From Octopus vulgaris (lineage: Eukaryota): DNA of 64,000 nt. Each line of letters opens with the position of its first letter. The first letter of the stretch is position 1. The stretch covers positions 91,636,001 to 91,700,000 of the forward strand of contig OX597822.1 in NCBI GenBank assembly GCA_951406725.2. Direction: 5' to 3'. Positions 23,720 through 37,159 of this stretch are shown here, one piece after another. The notes under the pieces are model-generated. The model had not been told where the DNA came from and did not search any database. It saw nothing but the letters and a program-made list of their open reading frames with translations. A program made the translations under genes and the position numbers.

Positions 23720-26140
23720 AAATTTAGATTCAGATGAATATGTTACTTAAGTTGAGGCACCAGAATTTAGTATGGTATTATCCATACAATTTCAAAATAA
23801 AGTGATTAAAATCAAAATAAGCAACAAGGATATCCAGAGGTAATGCAGCACGATCGTTTCATGCAACTCCATTTAATTGAACAATGCAATCATTACATCA
23901 ATCTAAAATGTAGAGTAATCTTCAGGTGCACAAAGACATATAATTTAATCAAATTAGAACAGATGGACACATTAGTATAATTATATCTAAAATTTCCAAG
24001 AAGTTAAGGAGATAGACAAAAAACATGTACTTACAACAGTATGATCGTAACTAAAACTTTCAAGGAGACACTGCCTGTCACTGTTTTTTTGTATTTTTTA
24101 AATTTTTAATTTATTTTTATTTTTTAAATTTCTTTTAATGGGGTCAGTTTTAATTTATAGACTGAGTGAAACAGAGGGCAGTATTTGTTTGGGGTAAGGG
24201 TTGAGGCAGTAGACAGACATTTTAGATGGTATAGTCATAAAAATTCAGATTTATTAGAAGCAATGTCATGAGGTTTAGTAGGGGAAAACTTAAAACAAGA
24301 TGTTAGCTGATAATTAAGTGGTTGCCCACTAGAAGACTATTAATAATGAAACGGGGGGGGGGGTTAAAATAATATTTTTTTATAGTTAAATACTTTAAAA
24401 CAATATTACTATATTGTATACAGTTGAAGTTTAGGGTTATTCAAAAGATTATTAAGAAGAATATTGTAACAAAAGGATAGAAATTTATGAATACTTTTGG
24501 GTATATATCATACTTTTACCACAATAGGGGGAGGAAAAGAAATTATATAGAAATAGTTTAATATTTATACATTTTGTATACTTAAATATTAACTCATCAG
24601 ATGGTATTTGTGAATATTGATTAAATGATATTTACTGGTATTAATAAAGGAGTATTGAGGTAAAAGAACGTGCTAATTATATATTAATAAAATTTTAATC
24701 TAAGCAGTTTTCTTATAAGTAGTGTTTTATATAAGCCAAGTATGAATCTATAGAGATACAAAACTCAGAATAATTTTATAAATAAAGGCTAATTATAAAA
24801 TAAAATAAAATAATCAAGGGCAGAACACAATAGAAAAGGAATAAAAAGGTTTTAATTACCAATACTATGGTAAAGTATATGTAGTTTGTTCACCAATAGA
24901 GAAGATTTTTTAGAAAAAATATAATAATTCAAAATATATTAGACTAAAAATTATATTTACTCATTTAGCTAATATCTATAAAAGACTAATGTTTGATATC
25001 AGCTAAAGGAATATTTAAGTTATGGAACAATTATATTTTACACTAATCTTTTTTTAAAATTAAGGGTTATATTATAGGTTTAAGAAATTGTTATTATTAC
25101 TCCCTACATGATATTTATAGTTTCTTAGTGGTACTCGTTTAGAAAGGTAATTTATATAAAGGTCCTTATAAAAACTAAGATCAGGAGGGTAGAGCCATTT
25201 AAGAAAGAGAAAAATCAAGTAATTTCTAAAGATCATTTCAAACAATATTGTCATACTATACAATGTTAAATTTTTTTTTTAGGGTAATCAAGAAGATTAT
25301 TAAGAATGAAAATTTTAACAAAAGGATACCGCTTCTTTGAATATTTTGAGTAAAAACCAAATTTTTTACCACAATAGTAAGAGGAAAAAGGAAATTTCAA
25401 AGAAATAGATTAATATCTATATACTTATTACTTATCTAAAATATTAACTTATTATATGGTTTCTATGGAAATAGATTAAATGGATTTAACTGGTATTTAA
25501 TAAGGGTGGGGTGGGGGCAACTGAAGTTAAAAAACATGTCAACTATATACTGATTTAATTAAAATTGAACTAATTTTAAGATGTGAAGATACCAGTATTA
25601 CTTTATATAAGCTGAGTTTGAACTTATAGGAGTACAAGGATTAGATTTATTTAAGGCAGCTATAAAAATAACAACAACAATAATTTTCTCTTACTAAACC
25701 TCATGACATTGCTTCTAATAAATCTTAATTTTTATGGCTATACCATCTAGAATGTCTGTCTACTGCTTTAACCCTTATCCCAAACAAATACTGCCCTCTA
25801 TTTCTCTCAGCCTTAAATATATGAGGGATTTGATAAACTAGTCTATAAATTAAAACTGACCCCATAAAAAAAAGTAAAATTAAAAAAAACCAAAAAAATC
25901 AGTGACAGGAAGTGTCTCCTTGAAAATTTTAGTTACGACCATACTGTTGTAGGTACAACATGATCTTTGTCTATCTCCTTAACTTCTTGGAGATTTAATG
26001 TGTCCATCTGTTCTAATTTAATTAAATTCTATGTCTTTGTGCAACTGAAGATTGCTCTACATTTTAAATTGATGTAATGAAATGGAGTTGCATGAAGTGA
26101 TCATATTGCATTACCTCTGGATATGCTTGCTGCTTACTTT
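23720..26140. mobile_element. ORF-less PLE derivative bounded by ~460-bp inverted pseudo-LTRs, each with a decayed hammerhead
   Basis: 23820-24283 is the reverse complement of 25688-26140. Hammerhead remnants at 23844-23930 (minus, GUG triplet) and 26040-26110 (plus, GAAG). The same pLTR family occurs at 39120-39420 and 51290-51650. Confidence 0.75.
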
Positions 26141-26149
26141 TATATATAT

Positions 26150-28045
26150 ATATCATCATCATCATCATTGTTTAACATCCATTTTTCATGCTAGCATGGG
26201 TTGGATGGTTCGACCGGAATCTGGGAAGCCAGGAGGCTGCACCAGGCTCCAGTCCAATCTGGCAGTGTTTCTACAGCTGGATGCCCTCCCTAATGCCAAC
26301 CACTCCGTGAGTGTAGTGGGTGTTTTTTATGTGCCATCAGCACAGGGGTCAGAGGAGGCTGGCAGACGGCCACGATTGGTTGGTGCTTTTACATGTCACC
26401 AACACGGACGCCAGTCAGGCGGCGCTGGCATCTGCCACATTTGGACGGTGCTTTTTATGTGTCACCGGTACGGGTATCTTAACTACAATTTCCATTTGAT
26501 TTTTATTTTGATGTTGAGGTTGACTTACTTGACTCAATAGATCTCCTCAAGAACAGTGGGTCACTCTACGATCCAAGGTTAGCACAGCAGGCCATCCTGC
26601 AAGCTATGATCTCCCTTCATTTGTCAGATCTTCACAGTCACAGCATATCTCAGAGGTCTTGGTCTTTGTCATTTCCTCTGCGAGGCCCTATGTGCCACCG
26701 GCACAAGTAACACAACTATAATATCCATATGATTTTTATTTTGATGTTGATGAACTTGACACAATAGGTCTCCTCAAGCGCAGCAAGCTGTCCTGAAAGC
26801 TATGAACTCACTTCATTCGTTGGGTCTTCAAAGTCACAGCATATCCCTAGAGGTCTCGGTCTTTTGTCATAGCCCCTGTGAGGCTCAACATACAAAGGTC
26901 ATGCTTGACCACCTCATCCCATGTCTTCCTGGGTCTGCCTCTATCCTGGATTCCGTCAACAGTTTGGGAGTGGCACTTCTTCACACATCTCTCCTCATCC
27001 ATCCGTAGTACATGACCATACCAATGGAAATGTTTCTCCTGCACGCTGCATCCAATGCTTCTTATGCCCAGCATTTCTCTCAGGGCGATTACACTCTGTC
27101 GTGCATGGACACTGACATTACACATCCAGTGGATCATGCTAGTTTCATTTCTTTCGAGCCTACACGTGTCCTCTGCAGTCACAGCCCATGTTTCACTGCC
27201 GTGAAGCATGGCAGTTTGCACACATGCGTCATACAATCTACCTTTCACTCTGAGCAAGAGACCCTTTGTCACCAGTAGGGGAAGAAGCTTCCTAAACTTT
27301 TCCCAGGCTATTCTTATTCTAGTGATAACATTCTCTGAGCATCCACCCCTGCTACTAACTTGGTCACTTAGGTAACAGAAACTATCAACTACTTCTAGTT
27401 TCTCCCCCTGGAGTGTGATGGAATCTGTTTTCTGAACATCTGTGGTGTTTATTGCACCTGTGCATCTGCTGCACATGAAAGCTATCTTCTCAGTTAATCT
27501 TCCTTTGATGTTGTTGTACTTCTTATGTGTCCATAGCTTACACTGGGTACATCTTATGGAGTTTCTACCTACACCTTTTCTACAGATCGAGCAGGGCCAC
27601 CTACCTGAAGGGCTGTGTGGTGAGTTTGCCTTCCTACTTACTAGAACTTTGGTCTTTGCTACATTGACTCTAAGGCTTTTCGATTCTAAACCTAGCTTCC
27701 ACACACAAAATTTCTTCTCTAGTTCTGATAGTGATTCTGCTATGAGGGCTAGGTTATCAGCATAGAGGAGCTCCCAGGGGCAAACCGTCTTGAATTCCTC
27801 TGTTATAGCCTGGAGAACTATGATGAATAGAAGAGGACTGAGGGCTGAGCCTTGGTGGATGCCAACTTCTACCCGGAATTCATCACTGTACTCATTGCCA
27901 ATCCTAACCTTACTAACAACCTCTCTGTAAAGGGCCTGTACAGCCCTTATTAACCATCTGTCAATCTCCAGTTTCTGCATCGCCCACCAGATAAGGGATT
28001 AAAGGATCCTGTCAAAGGCTTTCTCCAAGTCCACAAAAGCTAATT
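26150..28045 (-). mobile_element. 5'-truncated RTE-clade LINE (RT, Cys-rich insert, 3' UTR, (GAT)n tail)
   Basis: ORF 26847-27980: GIHQGSALSPLLF, LLYADNLAL, CSICRKGVGRNSIRCTQCKLWTH, WYGHVLRMDE, RGRPRKTW. FVDLEKAFD just upstream; tail (cat)n at 26152-26168. Confidence 0.9.
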
Positions 28046-28194
28046 ATAGGTGGAATGATCTTCACAACAGACTCAGCTGATACCTGAATCCATCCTATAT
28101 GTGGCAGCTGGTGTTTGACATAAATTCACATTCAGCAATTCTTGCATACTGAACGAGAGCATACAGAACAGTTTCATTACTTGAAGATGTGAAT

Positions 28195-28720
28195 TTAAGA
28201 TAAACCACCTGCTATTTGCGGATGACCTAAAGCTCTTGGGATAGTCCTATAAACAGACTGATTCCCTTGTACAGAGAGTTCATACATTCAGCATAAACAT
28301 AGGAATGGAATTTGGTATAAAAAGTGAGGAGTGCTACTACTGAAGTGACGTAGAATTGATAAGATGGAAGGAATTATATTACCAGATGGGCTAGTTATGG
28401 AAGAAATTGATGAAAATGGCAATAAGTACTTAGGCATCCTGGAATCAGGCTAAATGACAAAGCTGCTATCAAAGGAATATAAATGGAAACTTAAACTGGT
28501 GTTAAAGAGAATGTTAATTGGTAGGAATAAGATACTGGCTATCAACACATAGTGCTGGTGTGACAGAGTGGAGAAGTGATGAACTTAAGGAGCTTGATAG
28601 AAAGCCCAGGAAAATGATGACACTACAAGGGGCTCTACATCCCAAAATTGATGTGGACAGGTTATATCTATTATGACAGAGAGGAAAAAGTGGCCTCATT
28701 AGCTGTGAAAAAAAAACTAT
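28195..28720 (+). mobile_element. Degenerate R4/Dong-like LINE RT fragment
   Basis: INHLLFADDLKLLG, IGMEFGIK, KYLGILE, ELDRKPRKMMTLQGALHPKIDVDRLYL..GKSGL; similar to the 45.7-kb ORF. Confidence 0.7.
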
Positions 28721-28724
28721 GTTC

Positions 28725-29945
28725 GGAGATAAATCTATCAACAAAAAAAAAATACAGACGAATACAGATCTGCTAGCCTTAAGAAGCTACGCTACAAACA
28801 ATGTTTACATGCAGAGAACACGGAGATGGTGTCGTCGCAAAAAATTAACCCTAAACTGACAGATCCATCTCCTAATGTAAGCATCGAAGCTCGTCATACC
28901 TCACTGTTAACAAAACAAATTACAAACCGCAATGGTCATCGATCAGATTACAAAAGACCACATACCCGAATACTGAACCAGATTCGGGTTGAAAAATCAG
29001 CTACTGGCTCAAATCTTCCCGACACACAGGAGCTGGACATACCCCCACAACTGGAATATTCCAGCAGATGGCCATCCATGCCCATCATCAAATAACCAAA
29101 AGAAAAAGAATGAAAAACGGTCTAGGGAAGATAATTATGAAGTTCTTATGGCCTTCTACCATGCCATATATTTCCCCACAGATAAATCTAATATTGTACA
29201 AACCTACTGGAGACAGAAACACCCTGAAGTAAGACCCTACATAGACAGTAACAAACTTGCCAACATCAGAAGAAACATTACAAAAAAAAATTTCTGACTG
29301 AAGTAGAGATTGACCAAATTAAACAAGCAGTAATGGATAAAAAGAACGAAACTACAGCTAAAGAAGATAATACAGAAGAAATAATTATAGACCAGTCCAG
29401 GGCTGATAAAAACGTAGTAAGGATTGAAAGAGTTAGTATAATTGATAGGCAAAGTGAAATACTCCCTGAACCAATCATAAACGCTAAGACAGATGAACAT
29501 CAAATAGATGAAGAAAGTTACACAAATATTGACCCAACAGAACTACATGAGCTAAAAAATCAAATCATGATTGAATGGCTGAAAATTAAAGAAACCAGTA
29601 TGGATGAACGTGATACTCTCCCAGAAATCCACAATTCTAACCAAAACCTGAAAATAATTGGTAAAATCCGCCTTGCACTTAAGGATATAATTTCAGCTAA
29701 TGATGCTGATATCACAGATCTCAACCACCTGTTCTATGCATCCGCGAAAATCTCAACGATTCTATGTAGTGAAAAGATTAGAAAACGGCAACATCCCCAC
29801 AAAAAGCCTTCTTGCCAAGAGTGTATCCAACAACAAAATAAACTACTTAGGTCTGACACTGAATGTTTGAAAAACCTTAAGGTTGACAAGACTACCAAAC
29901 CTACAAAAACCCCAAAATTAAAGAAAAAATATAATATGCATCACA
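28725..29945 (+). mobile_element. 5' region of an R4/Dong-like LINE (N-terminal Myb-like and acidic region), no RT
   Basis: RSREDNYEVLMAFYHA..YWRQKHPEVRPYIDSNKLANIRRNITKKNF.TEVEIDQIK and DITDLNHLFYASA..KKPSCQECIQQQ..LRSD resemble R4-clade N-termini. Confidence 0.6.
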
Positions 29946-31019
29946 ACCATATGTGTGCAACATGGTGATCTCATATCAAGATAAACAGCGCAAGACCTTG
30001 CAGGTGGGGCCCAGTTAGAATTTTCTTCTGGTCGAGTAACCTATCCCACTCAAAAGGTCCCTGAATAAGGGTTGTTTAAGGATGTTGAACGAAACACCCA
30101 TGTTTCCAGAGATGAATTATTCAAACCCCAAAGAATCCCTCTCAACACATGGCTATGATGCTCCCCAACTACTTCTGCTTGTGATCAGAGATGCACATAT
30201 CATCAGCCACTAAGGGACATGCTCAACTGGTTATGGTCAAACAACTGACAAGCAAAGCTGTGGTCTTGAGCAGAATATTTGCTGTAGACCATCTTTTATA
30301 CCAAGACAAAACAATGTACATGATAACACTTCCAATCAGTTGAAATCAGAAGCCATGAAAGCCACTGCTTGGTACTGCATCAGGGCATTTATCATCATCA
30401 TCATCATCATTATTATTATTTAACATCTGTTTTTCATGCTGGCATGGGTTAGATAGTTTGACTGGAGCTGATAAGCCAGAGAACTGTGCCAAGAAAGAGC
30501 TAATGCGTTGAAGTGTTTATAAACAAAATCCACTTGGTTTTTTCATGTGTATTTTTTTTACTGGCAGCTTATTTAGAATGACAAAAGCTGGGTATGTATT
30601 TCTACTAAAATGAATTTTAGCAACAACAATTTGATTATAAAATTTTTACATTTTCTTCAGATTATTTTCAAACTGTTTTAACTTTGGAAATAAAACAAAA
30701 CATACCTGTCACTCACAAGTCAGTATGACCTGGAAGTATGTACCATGCTTTTGTTAAATTTTTATAAGTACCAATATAGTTGTGAGCAGACATAGATACT
30801 TTCACAGCCCTCTCACTTTTGACTCAGTGGAAACTCAACGATGGAGAGGGAGAGAGCTGCACCAGCACTTGCCTACAACTCATTTTCAGATGGGTAGATG
30901 AGAACAATGTGAAATGAAATGCATTTCTCCATAACAATGTACAGTTTAATATAGGATTTGAACCCACAAGCTATTGATTACAAGCCAAGTACTCTAACCA
31001 CTAGGACATGTACCTGAAA

Positions 31020-31417
31020 CTCTCTCTCTCTCTCTTTTACTCGTTTCAGTCATTTGACTGTGGCCATGCTGGAGCACCACCTTCAGTCGATCAAATCGAC
31101 CCCAGGACTTATTCTTTGTAAGCCTAGTACTTATTCTATTGGTCCCTTTTTGCCGAACTGCTAAGTTACAGGGACGTAAACACACCAGCATCAGTTGTCA
31201 AGCGAAGTTTGGGGGACAAACAGACACACAAACACACATATATATATACATATATACGACAAGCTTCTTTCAGTTTCCGTCTACCAAATCCACTCACAAG
31301 GCTTTGGTTGGACCGAGGCTATAGTAGAAGACACTTGCCCAAGGTGCCATGCAGTGGGACTGAACCCAGAACCATGTGGTTGTTAAGCAAGTTACTTACC
31401 ACACAGCCACTCCTGCT
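31020..31417 (-). mobile_element. Family-1 SINE, full length
   Basis: Near-identical to 3265-3672. Confidence 0.85.
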
Positions 31418-31653
31418 GATTTTTTTTGTGATTTGAAGATGGTATTTAGAAGATTCAAAAAAGTTTATTTATGTCTAAGCATATTTATACTTATACACAG
31501 TATAAACATAATATGACTACCTCTAATGATGACATGGCTATTAAAAATATATTTAGTGGTAATGATGAGCATGATGACTTTCATCTCTCTTAAAAAATAA
31601 CATATGTAGAAAAAAAGAAGAAAAGAGGTACATATGTTGTTTAAGAAACTTAC

Positions 31654-31999
31654 TAGGATGTGAATATGGCTGTTCTGTAGGCCAGTATCCTGGATTATAT
31701 GTTGCTGCAGGATAAACTTCAGCAGAATAACCGTTGAGAGTACCCCGACCACGAGAGAGTTGGCTATTTTCAGGAATAGTTCCAAGTAAAGATGCTCGAT
31801 CTGGTGTGGTTTGGCGCTCAGGAGAAAATCGTAGGTTAGCCATATGACGAGGAACAATACCTGATTGCCCTCTCATAACATCCATACCAGGTGTTGTAGA
31901 CTGAGGACGGTCAACTATCCGAAGACTTTGGTTTTCATTTGCCAGTTGTTGGTAGGCTATAGAATTTTGTGGAGGTAAGCTCTTGGATTTTGTCATATT
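31654..31999 (-). CDS. SRCIN1: Coding exon, Pro/Ser/Gln-rich region
   Basis: tttctag acceptor and gtaagt donor. 346 nt, phase 0 to 1: NMTKSKSLPPQNSIAYQQ...RFSPERQTTPDR...PYSHP. Confidence 0.85.
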
Positions 32000-32644
32000 C
32001 TAGAAATGAAAAATAAATGAATAAATAAAATGAAAGATTATAGACATCATGATATAACACTTCTTTCCATTCATAATATAAAACATTTTACACTGTAAGA
32101 CAATATTATAATCTAGTTCAGTACCTTACTGTTTGGAGTTCAAATCCTTCAATGACAGACTTTGTCTTTCATCCTCAAAGACTCAATAAAACAAGTAATA
32201 CGAACAATGCACTTAAGTGGATTCAAGCAACTATAAAACTGTTTCCAACAAAAAACTTGGTTGTACAGTTTATAAGTTTTAGTCATCATAATCAAGGATA
32301 TGTTGGAACACAACTTTCAGTGTACAGTCAATAGATATAATTTTTTATTGAAATTCAGACAAAAGAATTTACTTTCAGGAACACAATAGAAAGAAATTTT
32401 TAATAAACAAATATGCACTCTATGATTCTAAAGATGAACTTATAAAAAACTTTAAGATGCAAAACACCCTGCATATTTAAATTAATTATAATTAATATGT
32501 AGCTGTATGTAATGTCTTCTTCCCACCGAAAATCTCATCCTTGGCAGAAATGGATGCCATGCAAATACCTAAATTTACAAATCTATTTAAATGAAGTAGT
32601 ACACCATACACCACAAAACATGCAAATAAATAAAGAAACATAAC

Positions 32645-32813
32645 CTTTGGATGACAGCTGGAAGGTATATGTACATTTACTGGGTGAGTGTTTGATTGTG
32701 ACTGCACTGAAGAAACTATGGTCTTGCCCCGGATTTCTGGAAGTGGTTTGATGATCTGAGGCTGATCACTGTCACATTCATGAATCTTCAGCACTGTCCG
32801 GTCTTTGATATCT
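32645..32813 (-). CDS. SRCIN1: Coding exon, end of AIP3-type domain
   Basis: ctttcag acceptor and gttatg donor. 169 nt, phase 2 to 0: (R)DIKDRTVLKIHECDSDQPQIIKPLPEIRGK...SSCHPK, continuing the family motif I.DR..LK+. Confidence 0.88.
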
Positions 32814-33299
32814 CTGAAAGACAACATATAAGCAATTTTAGTGTAAGACTCAAGTCCTTTATATCTCGGTAAGACATGAATAAAATGTTTTACTGCAAAA
32901 TCTTACCCTTTCGCCTACCTTACTGCAAACAATATGATATATATATATATATATATATATATGAAAACATTAATGTCAACAGTAACAAATGAAACCTACC
33001 AGCATGCTCAACATTAAAAAACAATGACCCAATGACACATTTCTGTATGTCTACTTAATTTACTAAAAGTAACAGCCAAATCTTGCTCAATTAAAAAAGA
33101 GGAAAAGAAAGATTGGATAATGTAGATAAAAAAACAACTTAATGTGGTAAAAAAGATGGGATTGTCATGGCAACAACGAATTGCTTATTTAGCACTTCAC
33201 TTATCCTCTTTGGATCTGCAGTTAGTGAGCTGTCTTCTTCAAACAGTGGCCCTATCTTGTAGTGCACCAAGACAGAGGTGTAGCTAGTAATTCTATATA

Positions 33300-33860
33300 G
33301 TGTATCCAGTGCAAACTATGGACTCACAAGAGGCACAGTGGAACCACTGGAAGACTAACAGATGTATAGATGTGGAAGAGCATTAACACTAGGAACATAG
33401 GAAATAAATTTTCTTGAATGCCCAGGAAGATCCTTAGAGATAATAGACAATTTTTGTTGTCTAGGTAACCTAATTAACAGTGCTCTCAAAGTATAGTTGC
33501 TAGAATACAAACTAGATGGAGAACATCCAAAGTGAGTTTACTGCTGTTGATAAAAAAAAAGCTTCTCTCTCAGGGTAAAAGGCACATTACATGACACTTG
33601 TGTATAATCAACAATGCAACTTTGTAATGAAATGTGAACCATGAATGCAGAGGGTATGTGAAGGCTAGAAAGAAATGAAGCTGGCTGTGTAACATCAGTG
33701 AGCATATATGACAACGTGTAAATGTTTTGAGAGTAAAATTGGGCATGAAGCAACAGATATAGAATGCAAGAGAGAAGATTGCATTGATGTGGTCATGTAA
33801 TACAGATATATGAAGACATCTGTATAAGGAAGCACTGATCACTAAATGTAGATGATACTC
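33300..33860 (+). mobile_element. Highly decayed RTE LINE fragment
   Basis: Residual CIQCKLWTHKR, LEIIDNFCCLG and LSLRVKG.LHDTCV motifs, collinear with the 26847-27980 ORF. Confidence 0.6.
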
Positions 33861-34696
33861 ATGAAAGTGAAAGAAATCTGAGCTACATATATGTTTGCCC
33901 TTTTTTTTGTGCTACCAGTAATCTTTTTTATTGTCACTCATCCTGCACTACCAAAGTCTTGACCAAACCAAAAGTAAAAGGTTGGTGGAACTCTTCCTAT
34001 TAAATTATCCCCCATCCACTGATTACCTCTTGCTGCAGCTCTCTCCAGATACCACCTAATTTCTTTTCTGTTAATGGTACCATTTCCTTTGTAAACCATT
34101 CTTGTTAGCTATAGAAAAACTGGAAAGAAGAACTACAGTAAAGAAAGAAAGGAAAGAAATGTTCCCAGCTGATGGCATCCACATGTGAGATGAGTCAGAG
34201 GACTCCAAAAATCACAGATTGCTCTCAGATATTCGTGGAGAAATGCATTCTCCTTGCTGTGGTCTTGCACATATTTTGTTCAGGCCCATTCACTTGAGCG
34301 ACATTCACCACTTTCACCCATCTTCCAGCTTCTTAACTGGAAGGAAGCTCCTTCCTGTCTTTCTTCAACATATATGCACACACACAAACAAATGTATATA
34401 TTTATATATGCATACATACTCATATACAGACAAATACACACCTGTATATACACACACACACACACATGCACATATTGTTTACATCATATGAATTTGGAAA
34501 CTTTGATGTTTCAAGATTCTTATGATATAAACAACATGCAATTCTCACTGACTTCAGTCATGCTTGCAGAAGATGTGCATTTGTGTCCCATGCGCAGCCT
34601 TCAACTTGTTTTATCCAAAGTGTTTTTAACCTGGTATTTACACACTTTTATAGCTTTATCTTCTTTGAGTACTACAGTTAAAAGTGAATTGTGTAT

Positions 34697-35181
34697 ATAT
34701 AAAGAGGGGGTGAGAAAAGCAGAGATACAGTGAGCAGGGCAGTGAGAAGAGGAATGAGGCAGAGGAGATAAGTGTTTGAAGAGGAAGAGAAAAGATGCAG
34801 TTTGGGAGAGGTGATGTAGTTTGGTTTGTTGGGGTAGGGTGTCACCAGACATCTCAGTCCAGTGTCATTTCCTCCATGAACACCAGCATCCTGAGATTGG
34901 TCCTCACCTTTTCATACTATGTCTTCTTGGGTCTCCTACTTCCACAGGTACCATCCACTTTCAGTGACTATCTTCATTCATATGCATCATATGTCATGGA
35001 GGAAATGACACTGAACTGAGATGTCTGGTGACACCCTACCCCAACAAACCAAACTACATTACCTCTCCCAAACTGCATCTTTTCTCTTCCTCTTCAAATA
35101 CTTTAATTATCTCCTGCACCTCATTCATCTTCTCACTGCCCTGCTCACTGTATCTCTGCTTTTCCCACCCCCTCTTTATAT
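34697..35181. repeat. ~185-bp inverted repeat with ~115-bp spacer
   Basis: 34697-34879 is the reverse complement of 34994-35181. The ORF track gives MSGDTLPQQTKLH on both strands. Confidence 0.9.
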
Positions 35182-35797
35182 CCAGGGTCTCACTAGTTAC
35201 TGCAATCTCCACCCCCACTCCCTACTTGCACCTTCTTGGCAATACCCTGCTATGTATATTATGACTTCCATACCTTGAGGGCGTGTCCTGACACTTGCCA
35301 CCATTTATCTCTTTCTTCTTTACTCTACCATCCCATCTATACTCTGATCCTCATTCCTTGTGAATACACGCTGGCACTTTGCCACCATCTCTCATCTGCT
35401 CTCACTTGCACTCTTGTTGTCTTCCACTCTCTCTCTCTCTTTCTCTTGCTCTTCCCTTTGAGTTAAAATTCTGCCAAGATTGACTTTGTCTTTCGTCCTT
35501 TTGGGGTTACTAAAATAAGTATGAGCTAAATACTGGGGTCGATGTAATCAACTTACCACTTCCCCTCAAATTACAAGCCTTGTGCCAAAATTTGAAATCA
35601 ATATTATTATTCTACTTCTTAAAAATTTTCTGTTTTTATTTTTTCTCCTATATAAGCGACACTAATCAACGTTTCTTGTACACCATGTACTGCAGTAACA
35701 TATCATAGTACTATTCTGAAGTGACACTCTGATATATTCAACTATGCGTAAATTCATACAGGTATTGTATACTTTATCACACATGATAATTTATATG

Positions 35798-37058
35798 TAA
35801 TGTATATTTGGAAAGTAATTGCACTTTTTCACATTCATGAAATATGAATCAACCTATCATGTCAGAGCCAAGGTTGAATGGGCGGGAACTGTCTAGAAAT
35901 AGTATATCATCTCTTCTATCCAGCAGTGTGTTATTCATAGTTATTTTGGTAATTAACCCATGGAGGATAAGAACTTTATGAAACAACATATTTGCCACTG
36001 TTTACTGTATGAGTTCTGAAAGAAAAGTACCTCTACAGAAGCAGTGAAAAACATTTGTGAAGTGTATTCAGATGCAGTGAAAACTCATACATGTCAACTG
36101 TGGTTTAAAAGGTTTGAAGATGGCAATTGCGACATATCCAATGAGCCTCACTCCGGAAGACAACCCACTCTGAATGATGACCTTTTGAATGAGACTATTG
36201 TATCAGGTCCACATCAAAGCACCAGAGATTTGGCACAAATATTTAATGTGTCAAGTTCAACTATCCATGAACATCTCAAGCATATTGGGAAAACATGCAA
36301 AGAGGGAATTTGGGTTCCACATGAGCTTATGCTTGAGAACTGAAGGCAATGTTCCACCATTTGTAGCAGTCTTCTAACCAAGAATAACAACCTGTCATTT
36401 CTGCAGCACATTGTTATAGGTAATGAAAAATGGGTTTTGCATTATAATAGAAAGCAAAAAAGACAATGGTTAACAAGTAATGAGAGTCCAGCACCAACAC
36501 CAAAACCAGAACTCCATCCACAAAAATCCTTGCTCTGCGTTTGGTGGAATATGAAAGGTATCATCCATACAAGTAACTGGAACATGGAAAGACCATCAAT
36601 GCAGATGTTTATTGTCAACAACTTAATAGTATAAATGAAAAATTATGTCAAAAGTGGCCAGCTTTGGTAAACAGAAAATTCTCCAGTATGACAATGCATG
36701 ATCACTCTCTTCAAAACAAACCCAAGAAAAAATAAGATCGTTAGGATGGAGAAGTTCTTCCACATCCTCCATATTTATCTGACTTGGCACTTACAGATTT
36801 CCATCTGTTCTAATCACTAGAACATTTTATAAGAGGTAAAACATTCAGAAACAGAGAGGAAGTTGAAAACAGTCTTTCAGACTTTTTTCTGGAAGAGAAA
36901 TAGGTTTCTTTGAATGCGGCATAAAAAAGTTACTTTCCCATTGGGGCTGCAATCTTTGAAAACAATGGCAATCACATTCTTGATTCAGATAAATGTAGTT
37001 TGCATTCATTTTTACACCCTTTCTGGTAAAATGCAATTACTTTCTGAACACCTTAATA
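35798..37058 (+). mobile_element. Mariner (DD34D-type) transposon fossil
   Basis: TIR remnants gaaagtaattgcactttt and aaaatgcaattactttc. TCQLWFKRFEDGN..HSGRQP, GIWVPHEL, GNEKWVLH, LCVWWNMKGII and HPPYLSDLALTDFHLF motifs; stops and frameshifts. Confidence 0.88.
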
Positions 37059-37159
37059 CATACATATATATCATCATCATCGTCATCATTATCACTATTT
37101 AATGTCTGTTGGACGATTTGATAGGGGCTGGTGAGCCAGAGGACTGTGTCAAACTCCCG

